DNA of 64,000 nucleotides from Escherichia coli (lineage in GTDB: Bacteria; Pseudomonadota; Gammaproteobacteria; Enterobacterales; Enterobacteriaceae): the NCBI RefSeq assembly GCF_003991155.1, contig NZ_CP031293.1, one strand, 5' to 3'. The notes beneath the pieces were generated by a model that made no database searches, was not told where the DNA came from, and saw only the letters and a program-made list of their open reading frames with translations. The position numbers and the translations under genes were made by a program. Position 1 is the stretch's first letter, and each line of letters starts with the position of its first letter. Below, one piece after another: positions 30,065-39,349 of the stretch.

Positions 30065-30781
30065 GTGGGACGTAAATGGGCCAATATTGTTGCTAAAAAA
30101 ACGGCTAAAGACGGTGCAACGTCTAAAATTTATGCAAAATTCGGTGTAGAAATCTATGCTGCTGCTAAACAAGGTGAACCCGATCCAGAATTAAACACAT
30201 CTTTAAAATTCGTTATTGAACGAGCAAAGCAGGCACAAGTTCCAAAGCATGTTATTGATAAAGCAATTGATAAAGCCAAAGGCGGCGGAGATGAAACGTT
30301 CGTGCAGGGCCGTTATGAAGGCTTTGGTCCTAATGGCTCAATGATTATCGCCGAGACCTTGACTTCAAATGTTAACCGTACGATTGCTAACGTTCGCACA
30401 ATTTTCAATAAAAAAGGCGGCAATATCGGAGCGGCAGGTTCTGTCAGCTATATGTTTGACAATACGGGTGTGATTGTATTTAAAGGAACAGACCCTGACC
30501 ATATTTTTGAAATTTTACTTGAAGCTGAAGTTGATGTTCGTGATGTGACTGAAGAAGAAGGTAATATTGTTATTTATACTGAACCTACTGACCTTCATAA
30601 AGGAATCGCGGCTCTAAAAGCAGCTGGAATCACTGAGTTCTCAACAACAGAATTAGAAATGATTGCTCAATCTGAAGTTGAGCTTTCCCCAGAAGATTTA
30701 GAAATCTTTGAAGGGCTTGTTGATGCCCTTGAAGATGACGACGATGTTCAAAAAGTTTATCATAACGTCGCAAATCTCTAA
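30065..30781 (+). CDS. yeeN: YebC/PmpR-family transcriptional regulator
   Basis: 238-aa ORF with GTG start: [27 protein letters not shown]... Confidence 0.85.
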
Positions 30782-31238
30782 TTATATTTTAAAGAAATCT
30801 GTCTTTATGGCAGATTTCTTTAATCTCATATAATTCTTATAAAGAATATAATATCCAGCTCGTCATATTGATTATAAAACCCACGCTCCCAGAGAAATAA
30901 TATTTATTAAAATTCCAGGCCTTCTTTTTCTGATTACAGAAGGCAAAGTGGCAATTACGTATAGTTTCCCGATAAAGACGTGACAGCAACATCCCGCATA
31001 AGGCATTTTTCTCTTTATCTTTGTACGGTGCTTCATGGAACAGAGTTTTTGACCTTGCGAATCGTGATGTCTGTTGGGGGGCAATTTGCTCACTGAAGCG
31101 TGAGACTCGATTAAGCACACGAAACACAGAAATCAAAAAACCCGGTCACTTTTTTACAAGGTAACCGGGTAAAAATGATTTTATTTTTTAACTGTCTTGA
31201 GACTCATAGAGATGTCTCAAAACTAAAATTTGGCTCCT

Positions 31239-31338
31239 CTGACTGGGATCGCCGTAGCCTTTAACAGGCTGATTGATAAGCTAAAACAAAAAATCGAGTT
31301 TGTCAAGACCACCAGACTGACCACCATTTTTATTAGCG
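31239..31338 (-). repeat. att-like repeat copy C (tRNA-Asn 3' fragment plus island arm) bounding the defence-like cassette
   Basis: Minus-strand reading: tggtggtcagtctggtggtcttgacaaactcgattttttgttttagcttatcaatcagcctgttaaaggctacggcgatcccagtcagaggagccaaa. The adjacent 31196-31238 matches the hairpin downstream of the tRNA at 6085-6120. Confidence 0.75.
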
Positions 31339-31496
31339 TATATTTTCGCTATGGGCATACTGTCTATTCATTTAACACATGCACGTCTTATTAGAGCGAA
31401 AAGTGTACATTTCAAAAATGCTTTAATAGGATTTCTAGCTATGATGCTAAAGTATCACTACTTTTATGGATATAAACTAGACAGGAATGATGTGTT

Positions 31497-32414
31497 ATGA
31501 AGTCCAGATTTGGACCAAATGGGGTGCATTTATTCGACCGAAATACAGGTCTGAACGTCCTCCTGGAGGAGTTACGCCCAAAGGAATCTGTTTGGTCCAT
31601 TTCTCCACGCCAGGTCTCGATTGCACTTACCAATCTTTGTGACCTTCGCTGCGCACATTGTTTTGCGCCCAAGCATAAGGCATTGCTACATACTGACCAA
31701 GTGCTTACTTGGTTAAAAGAACTGGATACTGAAGGATGCCTCGGTATCGGATTTGGTGGTGGAGAACCAACACTGCATCCTGATTTCGTCGAAATATGTA
31801 AACGGGCTGCTGGGGAAACTCATCTTGCAGTCACATTTACGACTCATGGTCACCGTCTGACCCAGCCATTGGTTAAAAAACTCAAAGGCTCGATCCACTT
31901 TGCGCGCATTAGCGTTGACGGGATAGGTCATACCTACGAAGAACAACGTGGAAGGCAGTTTTCAAGTTTACTCAGAGGCATTGAGTCGATCGCGAAATTG
32001 TCGTCTTTTGGGATCAATGTCGTGATAAACGAGCGTACGATTTTTGAGCTTGACGCAGTGGCTGAGCTGGCGCAACAGTTTGGTGCTAGTGAATTGCTGT
32101 TGTTGCCTCAGCAAGCAACTAATGCAGTCGCAAGTATGGACGAATTGGTCGGCCGAGAGCTTCAAAACTGGGTCTCTAGCTATAGAGGAAAGGTTCGACT
32201 TGCAGTAAGTGAGGTGGGAGCGTCAGGGCTCCCCATATGTGACCCTCTTCCTAATGAAACAGGCCTTCAAGCCTACGCGCATATAGACGCTTCCGGGATA
32301 TTGCGCACGAGTTCTTATTCAACCACAGGTATGGATATTGAAGAAACTGGTGTTATGTCCGCGCTTAAACGGCTTAGAAATACCTTAGAGATTAAACAAG
32401 GGACACAATCATGA
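31497..32414 (+). CDS. Radical SAM enzyme (single 4Fe-4S cluster type, no SPASM extension)
   Basis: 305-aa ORF; CDLRCAHCF (CxxxCxxC, nt 31635-31658), GFGGGEPTLHP (GGEP SAM-binding motif), ARISVDG; stop overlaps the next start (ATGA at 32411-32414). Confidence 0.8.
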   Translation: MKSRFGPNGVHLFDRNTGLNVLLEELRPKESVWSISPRQVSIALTNLCDLRCAHCFAPKHKALLHTDQVLTWLKELDTEGCLGIGFGGGEPTLHPDFVEICKRAAGETHLAVTFTTHGHRLTQPLVKKLKGSIHFARISVDGIGHTYEEQRGRQFSSLLRGIESIAKLSSFGINVVINERTIFELDAVAELAQQFGASELLLLPQQATNAVASMDELVGRELQNWVSSYRGKVRLAVSEVGASGLPICDPLPNETGLQAYAHIDASGILRTSSYSTTGMDIEETGVMSALKRLRNTLEIKQGTQS

Positions 32415-32818
32415 AAATTTGGAACGGATACGGATCTGAGCATTCGATGAACTTAGTTCTCATCGGAAAATTCAAGCAAGAGCAAGATGCAGTGAAGGTC
32501 GAGAAGGATATTAAAACGCTCAGTACTCAGGCTGAGAAAGATGAATGTTACTCGATCCCTTTTGATGAGCCAGAGAATCAACGGTTTTCATATGAAATGC
32601 TCTCATTACTATGCAGCCTAAAACTCCACACTTTAGGACCAACCGATCTTGGTCAATTGGTGTCAGATCATCATCTAGATCGCGAAGGCGATAGAATAAC
32701 AATAACTACTGATGAGGCAGAGGTATCCGCGTTCGTGAAGCTGTTTGTCGAGGCTGGAGCAAAGGTCGAGATTTTCTCAGCGCATGACTATCCGTCCGAT
32801 TCCAGCGATGCCAGTTGA
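32411..32818 (+). CDS. Hypothetical 135-aa protein, translationally coupled between the radical SAM and NTPase genes
   Basis: Start overlaps the radical SAM stop; its own stop TGA overlaps the TTG at 32815. No recognisable motifs. Confidence 0.6.
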   Translation: MKIWNGYGSEHSMNLVLIGKFKQEQDAVKVEKDIKTLSTQAEKDECYSIPFDEPENQRFSYEMLSLLCSLKLHTLGPTDLGQLVSDHHLDREGDRITITTDEAEVSAFVKLFVEAGAKVEIFSAHDYPSDSSDAS

Positions 32819-35800
32819 CAGAGGATGCATTGATGCCTGAAGTAAATTGGAAAGTATTCAACGAACTGCCCGGTGCAGCAGATGTGAACTTCGAAAACCT
32901 TTGCCGCGCTCTGGTACGCCGACACTATGGTCGTTTCGGTCGCTTTAAGCAACTCGCAAATCAGCCTGGGGTGGAGTTTCACCTCGAGCTGACGGAGCCT
33001 TGTGATCTCGGTGCGCCACCAGGTTGGATTGGTTGGCAATGCAAGTGGTATGAACTGGTGAATGGACAAGATTTGGGAGCCTCCCGCCGCAACAAGATCA
33101 TCGAAGGTATCGAAAAGACGCGTAAGCATGTCCCTGGAGTGACCAATTGGAAGCTTTGGACTCATCACACGTTAACAAAAGGTGATCAAGAGTGGTTTTT
33201 CGCGCTAGAGCAAGACCGCTTCCCAGAATTGAAGTTAGAACTGCTCACAGCTACGGATATCGAAGATCTTTTGGTCGGACCGGGAGCGCTTTTACGAGAA
33301 ACCTACTTTGGTGAACTGGTTCTAACTCCAGAGCTAATTGCTGAGCAGTATAAGCTTGCAGTGGCCCCATTTAAGAACCGCTACCAGCCAGATGTTCATG
33401 TAGCGGTGGGGGCTGAGGAGAATATATTCAGGCATCTGTGCAGCCAAAACGCATGGGAATCTCTGGAAGAACTCTCAAACGCTTTAAAAAAGAATCATAC
33501 GAGCATTGCTTCGGTTACTGAGCAACTCAAAACTGAGCTCAGGGCTGAAGTTGAATTACTCCTGGCCCGGGTTATTGGGTTGACTGAGTTTATTGATGGC
33601 TTACACGCGGCGCTCGGCAAAGGTGACTTTAACTCTGTATATCAAGCGTTGGTTTCAAATCCGCGTCAGCCGGTACGTTATGACAGGCTACTTTCGAAAT
33701 TGCGTGGAGCGCGCTTTGACGGGGCTCCGTTAACCGCTAATTTGGTTGCAGATATCCACGCGGTTTCGTCAGTTCTCCGCAGTCTGGAGCAATCGATTAG
33801 TGCTCGGGCGGTTGCTGTTCTTGCGGCGGCGGGGGAAGGTAAGTCTGAACTTGCAGTCAAGGTAACACAGCCAGAAGGGGCGTTCCTAGGGGGAATCCTC
33901 CTATTAGGCAAGAATCTTCATTCAGGCCAGGGGCTTGATGATCTCGTATCTGCCTTCAAGATTTCTGGGAGACCAGCAGAAAGTTTTGACCGCCTGATTG
34001 AGGCCGTAGATGCGGCAGGCCAGCGTGCAGGTAAACGCATACCTATTGTTATTGACGGTCTGAATGAGGCGGAAGATCCGAGAAATTGGAAGGATGAATT
34101 ATCCCGAGTGGATGAGCTTCTAAAGAATTTTCCTTATGTCTTGTTAGTTGTCACTCTTCGCAATGAATTCGCCCAGATGTGTCTGCCTGAGGGGTTTCCC
34201 CAAGTTGAACATAATGGGTTTCAGGAAGATCCGAAGACAGCATTTGACAAGTATTTTGAGTACTACAAGATCGATGCTACTGATGCGGATCTACCAGTCG
34301 AACTCTTGCAGCACCCCTTAACACTGAGAATTTTTTGCGAAGTAGCAAATTCTCCTCGTCAGCATATTGTCGGAGTGGAAGCATTGCCCCGTTCGCTTGC
34401 AAGCCTGTTCGAAGCTCACTTTAACAAGGTTGCAGCACGAGTCGCTGAGCTTTCACCGACGATGCATCGCATTTATCAAGATGACGTTCAGGATGCACTA
34501 CTAACGATCGCGGGTCTTCTTTGGGATAACAATGCGAGAAGTGTGGATTTTCAGGCTACACGGATGGCAGTTCGGGATATGGGGTGGGACGACAGTATTA
34601 TTCGTGCACTGGAGTCTGAAGGCATTCTCGTTCGGACTATTTCTCCAGAAGGTAGGCAAGGAGTTGCGTTTGCATACGACCTAATGGCCGGACATATGAT
34701 GGCGCGCAACCTGCTTATGAAGCCTGAACTGGTGCAATGGCTACAAAGCGATGAAGGGAACGCAAAATTTAAATCTCATGGACCTGATTCGCATACCTTC
34801 GCTTATGACGTATTACGGGCTCTGGTTGATCTGTATCCGCAACACTCTGGTAGGCGGCAGCTTTGGCAAGACTTGTCGGATGATATACTCGTTATGAACG
34901 CTCTGCTATTGACGACGCAATCGGATCCAAGATATATCGGGCGGGCTACTGTTGAACGATTTGCTCAAGCTATGCAGGAGTCGAAGCGGTTTGCACAACT
35001 TGCCTTCGAGAGACTACGGAGCACTAGGGCTGCGCTGGCACATCCGTTTGATATGAGCTTTTTGCATGATGTGCTAATGGCTATGTCCAACACTCAGCGC
35101 GATCTTTTTTGGTCAGAGTGGATTCGTCAGAAATCTGAACAAGTTAAAGACGACTTAAAATTCTTGTCGACGAGATGGAAATCGGGTCATCTGGATGAGC
35201 GTGAACTTCGAAGAGTTCGCTGGGTAATGTGGACACTGACGACGACATCCAGAGCTTTGCGGGATATGGCTACCAAAGCCCTGTATGAATTTGCCATCAG
35301 GCGGCCAGAAGAGTTTTTCCGGTTAGCGACGGAGACAATTGTAGTTTCAGACCCATATGTCCCCGAGCGAGTGTTCGCCGCAGCCTACGGTGCAGTCCTG
35401 ACCACTTGGTCGGATATCGATGCGGTAGAGTTACATGATGCGTTGCCACGGTTCGCTCGTGAGATTTACCAAACCATGTTTGCACCTGGCGCTACAGCCC
35501 CTACCTGGCATGCATTACATCAGCAGTACTGTTTGGGAATCATTGCCATTGCGAGGATGGTCGATCCAAATTGTTTTTCAGAGGACGAAGCTGTTTATCT
35601 TCTTCCGCCATTTAGCCATCTGCCTAACGTATTTGAAAGCATTCAACCGTACGATCCAGAGATGATTGGGCGAGCGGAGAGCGCAGCGATTCAAATGGAC
35701 TTTGGTAACTATACGATTGGTGGACTTATTCCAGACAGAGCGAACTACGATGACAGTAATCCGGAGTACCAACAGGTGTTGCAGGCCATTGTTTCTCGAA

Positions 35801-36891
35801 TGCTGATGCTTGGTTATGACCCTGAGCAGTTTGAAGCTGTTGATCGGCAAATGTACTCCGGTTCTCGTATGGGAGATGACAAGCACAAAATCGATCGATA
35901 TGGCAAAAAGTACGGCTGGATAGCTTACTTCGAGATGTGGGGGATACGATACGCGCAGGGCCTCCTTTCCGAAGAACGCAGTGCTCGCCCATCAGATGCT
36001 GATATCGATCCAACGTTTCCGCAAAAAGTAGAGAGTATTAGTTTGTCACTCCCAGTCTTATTTAACGATCCGTCTGTGGATGATGGTGACTGGATCGTGG
36101 GAGGCCCGCTACCTGACTACCGTAGCATCCTTGAGATTACGGAGGTTGATGGTCTGACGGGGCCATGGATCCTACTTGACGGTTTTGTTGAGCAAAATGC
36201 TACCTCGGATGACCGACAGATTTTCACTTTCCTGCGAGGAGTATTCGTAGATAGCCAAGAAGTTGACAATCTATGTAGGTTGTTCATTGATCTTGAATAT
36301 CCTGGCAATAGCGCCATCCCTGATGCTCCTGGCTACTATTACACCTATGCGGGTGAGATGCCTTTCCCGACTATTCCGGGGCTGCTAGTCGCTAATGAAC
36401 AAGAGGATGATAGCGATGAAAATTTGGTGTTCGCAGAAAGATGGTCAGGCAATGGCGTTGCGGTAGATATCACAGTGCAGGACTACAACTGGGAGAGCTA
36501 CCATAGCGTGGAGAACCAAAGCAGCGGTGCGAGCCTGCCCTCAAAGCAACTTTGTGAGGCTTTGAATCTCAGATACTGTGCAAACAAATGGGATTTGCAT
36601 GATGCTGCAGGTGTAGCGTCACTTTACCGCAAAATTGACGAAAATGGTTCGGACGTCAGTGGCTCTGTCAGCTATCTACGTCGTGATCTACTTGACCGCT
36701 ATTTGATGCAATCCGGTAAGGTATTGGTATGGCTTATGTGGGGAGAGCGTGGTTTTCATTACCGGTCCAACAAGACACGCAATTTGCACAGGTATTACGT
36801 GAATCACCAACATATTCACAAGCGTATTCATATCCATCAGATAGCTTCGAGTACTAGTAACCCAAATATTGCGGATGGAGTCGCTATATGA
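32815..36891 (+). CDS. NACHT-like STAND NTPase with an N-terminal Mrr-like nuclease-fold domain and a long C-terminal region (NLR/Avs-like)
   Basis: 1358-aa ORF (TTG at 32815 or ATG at 32833). N-terminus FENLCRALVRRHYG...EPCDLGAPPGWIGWQCKWY resembles an Mrr-cat type D...QxK nuclease. Walker A VLAAAGEGKSE (nt 33823-33849, aa ~340); Walker B IPIVIDGLNEAED (aa ~410) then LLVVTLR. About 850 aa of C-terminus without enzymatic motifs. Confidence 0.8.
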   Translation: MTEDALMPEVNWKVFNELPGAADVNFENLCRALVRRHYGRFGRFKQLANQPGVEFHLELTEPCDLGAPPGWIGWQCKWYELVNGQDLGASRRNKIIEGIEKTRKHVPGVTNWKLWTHHTLTKGDQEWFFALEQDRFPELKLELLTATDIEDLLVGPGALLRETYFGELVLTPELIAEQYKLAVAPFKNRYQPDVHVAVGAEENIFRHLCSQNAWESLEELSNALKKNHTSIASVTEQLKTELRAEVELLLARVIGLTEFIDGLHAALGKGDFNSVYQALVSNPRQPVRYDRLLSKLRGARFDGAPLTANLVADIHAVSSVLRSLEQSISARAVAVLAAAGEGKSELAVKVTQPEGAFLGGILLLGKNLHSGQGLDDLVSAFKISGRPAESFDRLIEAVDAAGQRAGKRIPIVIDGLNEAEDPRNWKDELSRVDELLKNFPYVLLVVTLRNEFAQMCLPEGFPQVEHNGFQEDPKTAFDKYFEYYKIDATDADLPVELLQHPLTLRIFCEVANSPRQHIVGVEALPRSLASLFEAHFNKVAARVAELSPTMHRIYQDDVQDALLTIAGLLWDNNARSVDFQATRMAVRDMGWDDSIIRALESEGILVRTISPEGRQGVAFAYDLMAGHMMARNLLMKPELVQWLQSDEGNAKFKSHGPDSHTFAYDVLRALVDLYPQHSGRRQLWQDLSDDILVMNALLLTTQSDPRYIGRATVERFAQAMQESKRFAQLAFERLRSTRAALAHPFDMSFLHDVLMAMSNTQRDLFWSEWIRQKSEQVKDDLKFLSTRWKSGHLDERELRRVRWVMWTLTTTSRALRDMATKALYEFAIRRPEEFFRLATETIVVSDPYVPERVFAAAYGAVLTTWSDIDAVELHDALPRFAREIYQTMFAPGATAPTWHALHQQYCLGIIAIARMVDPNCFSEDEAVYLLPPFSHLPNVFESIQPYDPEMIGRAESAAIQMDFGNYTIGGLIPDRANYDDSNPEYQQVLQAIVSRMLMLGYDPEQFEAVDRQMYSGSRMGDDKHKIDRYGKKYGWIAYFEMWGIRYAQGLLSEERSARPSDADIDPTFPQKVESISLSLPVLFNDPSVDDGDWIVGGPLPDYRSILEITEVDGLTGPWILLDGFVEQNATSDDRQIFTFLRGVFVDSQEVDNLCRLFIDLEYPGNSAIPDAPGYYYTYAGEMPFPTIPGLLVANEQEDDSDENLVFAERWSGNGVAVDITVQDYNWESYHSVENQSSGASLPSKQLCEALNLRYCANKWDLHDAAGVASLYRKIDENGSDVSGSVSYLRRDLLDRYLMQSGKVLVWLMWGERGFHYRSNKTRNLHRYYVNHQHIHKRIHIHQIASSTSNPNIADGVAI

Positions 36892-37052
36892 GTTACGACT
36901 TCAGAAATCTTTCATCCGCAAACTTTGAGGATCTTGTGCGGGATCTTATCGAAAAAGAAGAAGGGTTCGCTTCGAAGCATTCTCTGTGGGGGCTGATAAT
37001 GATATTGATGGCCGACACGCACATGCTGGAGGGAATGTCAGTTTATAGGTAA
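36888..37052 (+). pseudogene. Short ORF resembling an Mrr-like N-terminal fragment (possible remnant of a further gene)
   Basis: 54 codons overlapping the NTPase stop (ATGA): MSYDFRNLSSANFEDLVRDLIEKEEGFASKH...; the FEDLV..L motif echoes the N-terminus of the NTPase protein; followed by ~1 kb with no ORF. Confidence 0.3.
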
Positions 37053-38005
37053 AACCTTATGAAGGGGCGTCGTTTAGTATACTGATGGCTATTATGAAGT
37101 GTGAGTGGTTGTCTAAAGATAAGCTAGCCCTCACACGCTGTATCAAGCGACCTCTTGTTAGCTTACTCCAGCTAGCAAGAGTAAACTTTCCCCACTCATA
37201 GGGCTATGTTTGAAGTCCGAGTCGGAAATTGGGGGGCAGAAGACATAAAAGGTCTCCTTAAGAAGTCTTCTTGTCTGTACAAAAACTCTTATTTTGACAA
37301 AGAGCATTGTAGTTATTAACAGGCTGATTAATAAATTTAAAAATAAGTCGTCAGGAACACCAGATTAGCTACCCAAATTCTCATGCCGTGGAAGCGGAAG
37401 AAAAATACTCCCCTGAATATCTTCATATCGGATATACATAATAAGCTTGAGGTTGTATATTTGAAGAATTGAGTAGCCAGAGCCTTGTTGACATAAAGCG
37501 ACACGAACAACATGTTACTTAAAATATCACGAGTATATATTCAGACTTGTTTATGTTGCGACATGGATTCTACAGGCAGCTGGCTGAAACAGTGAGTCAG
37601 AAAAATTTACAGGAGCGCCATAGTCATTAATGGATATCCGTAATATGCTGATGCAAAAGGGTAAGGAGTTTGCCGGTAATCTGCGGTGTTAGACGACAAT
37701 TACAAAACGACCTTAGGCGTCAATTACCGCTGAAAAAAGTGACAGATCACTTTCTATAAAATGCTGCCGTATGACCGACAGATTTATTCCGCTTTATAGC
37801 CATGACTGTTCGGTGCTCACTTCGCTGCGCTCCGCCTCAGTCCTGCCTAAAAAGCGTTGCAGGTTAGTTTGTATCGGCCTAATGAAAGGCTGTTTTAGCG
37901 AAGCGTAAATGTGACATCTTATCTGGTCTAATCTCTTTGCGATAATTGACGCAAAAGCATGGGCTGTAATTGTCACGCAATACTGCGGCAAGTCTCATGA
38001 TGATG

Positions 38006-38100
38006 CCTCTGACAGGGATCTCCGTAGCCATTAACTGGTCGATTGGTAAGCTAAAACAAAAAAATTGAATTTGTCAAGACAGCCATAATGACTACCATTT
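38006..38100 (-). repeat. att-like repeat copy D (degenerate), internal boundary of the composite island
   Basis: Minus-strand reading: tggtagtcattatggctgtcttgacaaattcaatttttttgttttagcttaccaatcgaccagttaatggctacggagatccctgtcagagg; the tRNA-derived end is truncated and diverged. Confidence 0.65.
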
Positions 38101-38264
38101 TCGTCTCTGCTTTTCCATCCTGAAATTAATGGCTATCATATTCGCAATAGACAACATCATCTTACTTGCACTCAACTATAACTAATGCTGAGTGCAAGAA
38201 ACGGGGATTATATCCCCTATCAAGGACCTGTTGAAATATTAGTCTGGAATTTCGAGGCTGTAAT

Positions 38265-38789
38265 TTAAATTGCTCCATTTGCCTTAGCATCAAGAATGAA
38301 TTTTTCATACTCGCGTTCTGCAACAACAACAGGGACTGTTTTGCGATTATATAATTGCATTAATAACAATGTACGATGCCTTCCATCAGAAACACCAAAT
38401 TCACTGTTAGATGCCTCTGGATATTCAACATACCCTTTTGATATATATTTTTTGATTTTATGCCATCTACGCGGATCAATGCAGAATGCTCCATCTCCTA
38501 ATTTTTTAAGAAAGGCTAGCCCATCGACATATACAATCCTGGTAGGACAATGCCGATAGCGTACAGGAAGGGTAAAGATAATATTTTCAAAAACAGGGAA
38601 AGTAAGACCTGAATCATCTTTAGGTATTGACTCAAAGGAATCAAAAGGATATTTTGTCATGTAATCATTTAGTTTTTCAATATCCATATTGGAAAACCAC
38701 GATACTTCCGGGAGAAATTTTTTATCTCTTTCTCTAATTTCTTTGATCGAATCTCCAAATATATCATCTAACCTCCACCCCTCTTTCAT
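38265..38789 (-). CDS. Hypothetical protein with a DGxHR motif (ParB/Srx-like fold suspected)
   Basis: 174-aa AT-rich ORF; ...EFGVSDGRHRTLLLMQL... resembles the DG(Q/H)HR core of ParB-like nuclease-domain proteins; last gene of the orphan Rhs array. Confidence 0.4.
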   Translation of the reverse strand: MKEGWRLDDIFGDSIKEIRERDKKFLPEVSWFSNMDIEKLNDYMTKYPFDSFESIPKDDSGLTFPVFENIIFTLPVRYRHCPTRIVYVDGLAFLKKLGDGAFCIDPRRWHKIKKYISKGYVEYPEASNSEFGVSDGRHRTLLLMQLYNRKTVPVVVAEREYEKFILDAKANGAI

Positions 38790-38833
38790 TTATGCTCCTA
38801 AAATAATGTGATATTAAAAATTCTGTTAATAAG

Positions 38834-39349
38834 TCAAATTTTATGAATACTAATAAGGGGTTTGCACCACTCAACCGAGAGAATATCTTCCATTTTATAA
38901 AAAACGCCATAATCACTTTGATTATAATGCTCAATTTTATCAGCCATTTGTAATCTAATTTTGTCTTTGTAAATTCTACTTCGGATCAAACTGGCGAAAT
39001 TATATATATCAACCCTCAGATTGATAATATTATTTCTATCTGGGCGTCTTTCATGTAACATATCACGAAAAGAAACAAGTAACGTAATTAATTTTTTAGC
39101 CTCATTATTTTTAATATATCCTTTTTTAAAGATGCATAATATTAATTTTGAAATTAAGCTGATTTTTATTTGTAAATTATAGATAGCATTATCGTTTGTC
39201 AGGCAGGTTATGACTTCAATTACTTCACGTGAGCGAATATAATTGTCCAGTGCTTCCCATTCATCCATTCCTCGATGCATTGAAAGTTCCAATTGCCTTA
39301 AAAAAGCATATAACCCCAATAAGAAGTCGCTATTGCAGTATATTTTCAT
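38834..39349 (-). CDS. Putative immunity protein for Rhs fragment B
   Basis: 171-aa AT-rich ORF overlapping by 4 nt the stop of the Rhs C-terminal fragment. Confidence 0.5.
   Translation of the reverse strand: MKIYCNSDFLLGLYAFLRQLELSMHRGMDEWEALDNYIRSREVIEVITCLTNDNAIYNLQIKISLISKLILCIFKKGYIKNNEAKKLITLLVSFRDMLHERRPDRNNIINLRVDIYNFASLIRSRIYKDKIRLQMADKIEHYNQSDYGVFYKMEDILSVEWCKPLISIHKI

Noticed and set aside
30837-31136. Two overlapping minus-strand ORFs between yeeN and att-like repeat C
   Set aside because: They lie in an AT-rich intergenic region next to a tRNA-type downstream hairpin, overlap each other in different frames, and have no motif support.
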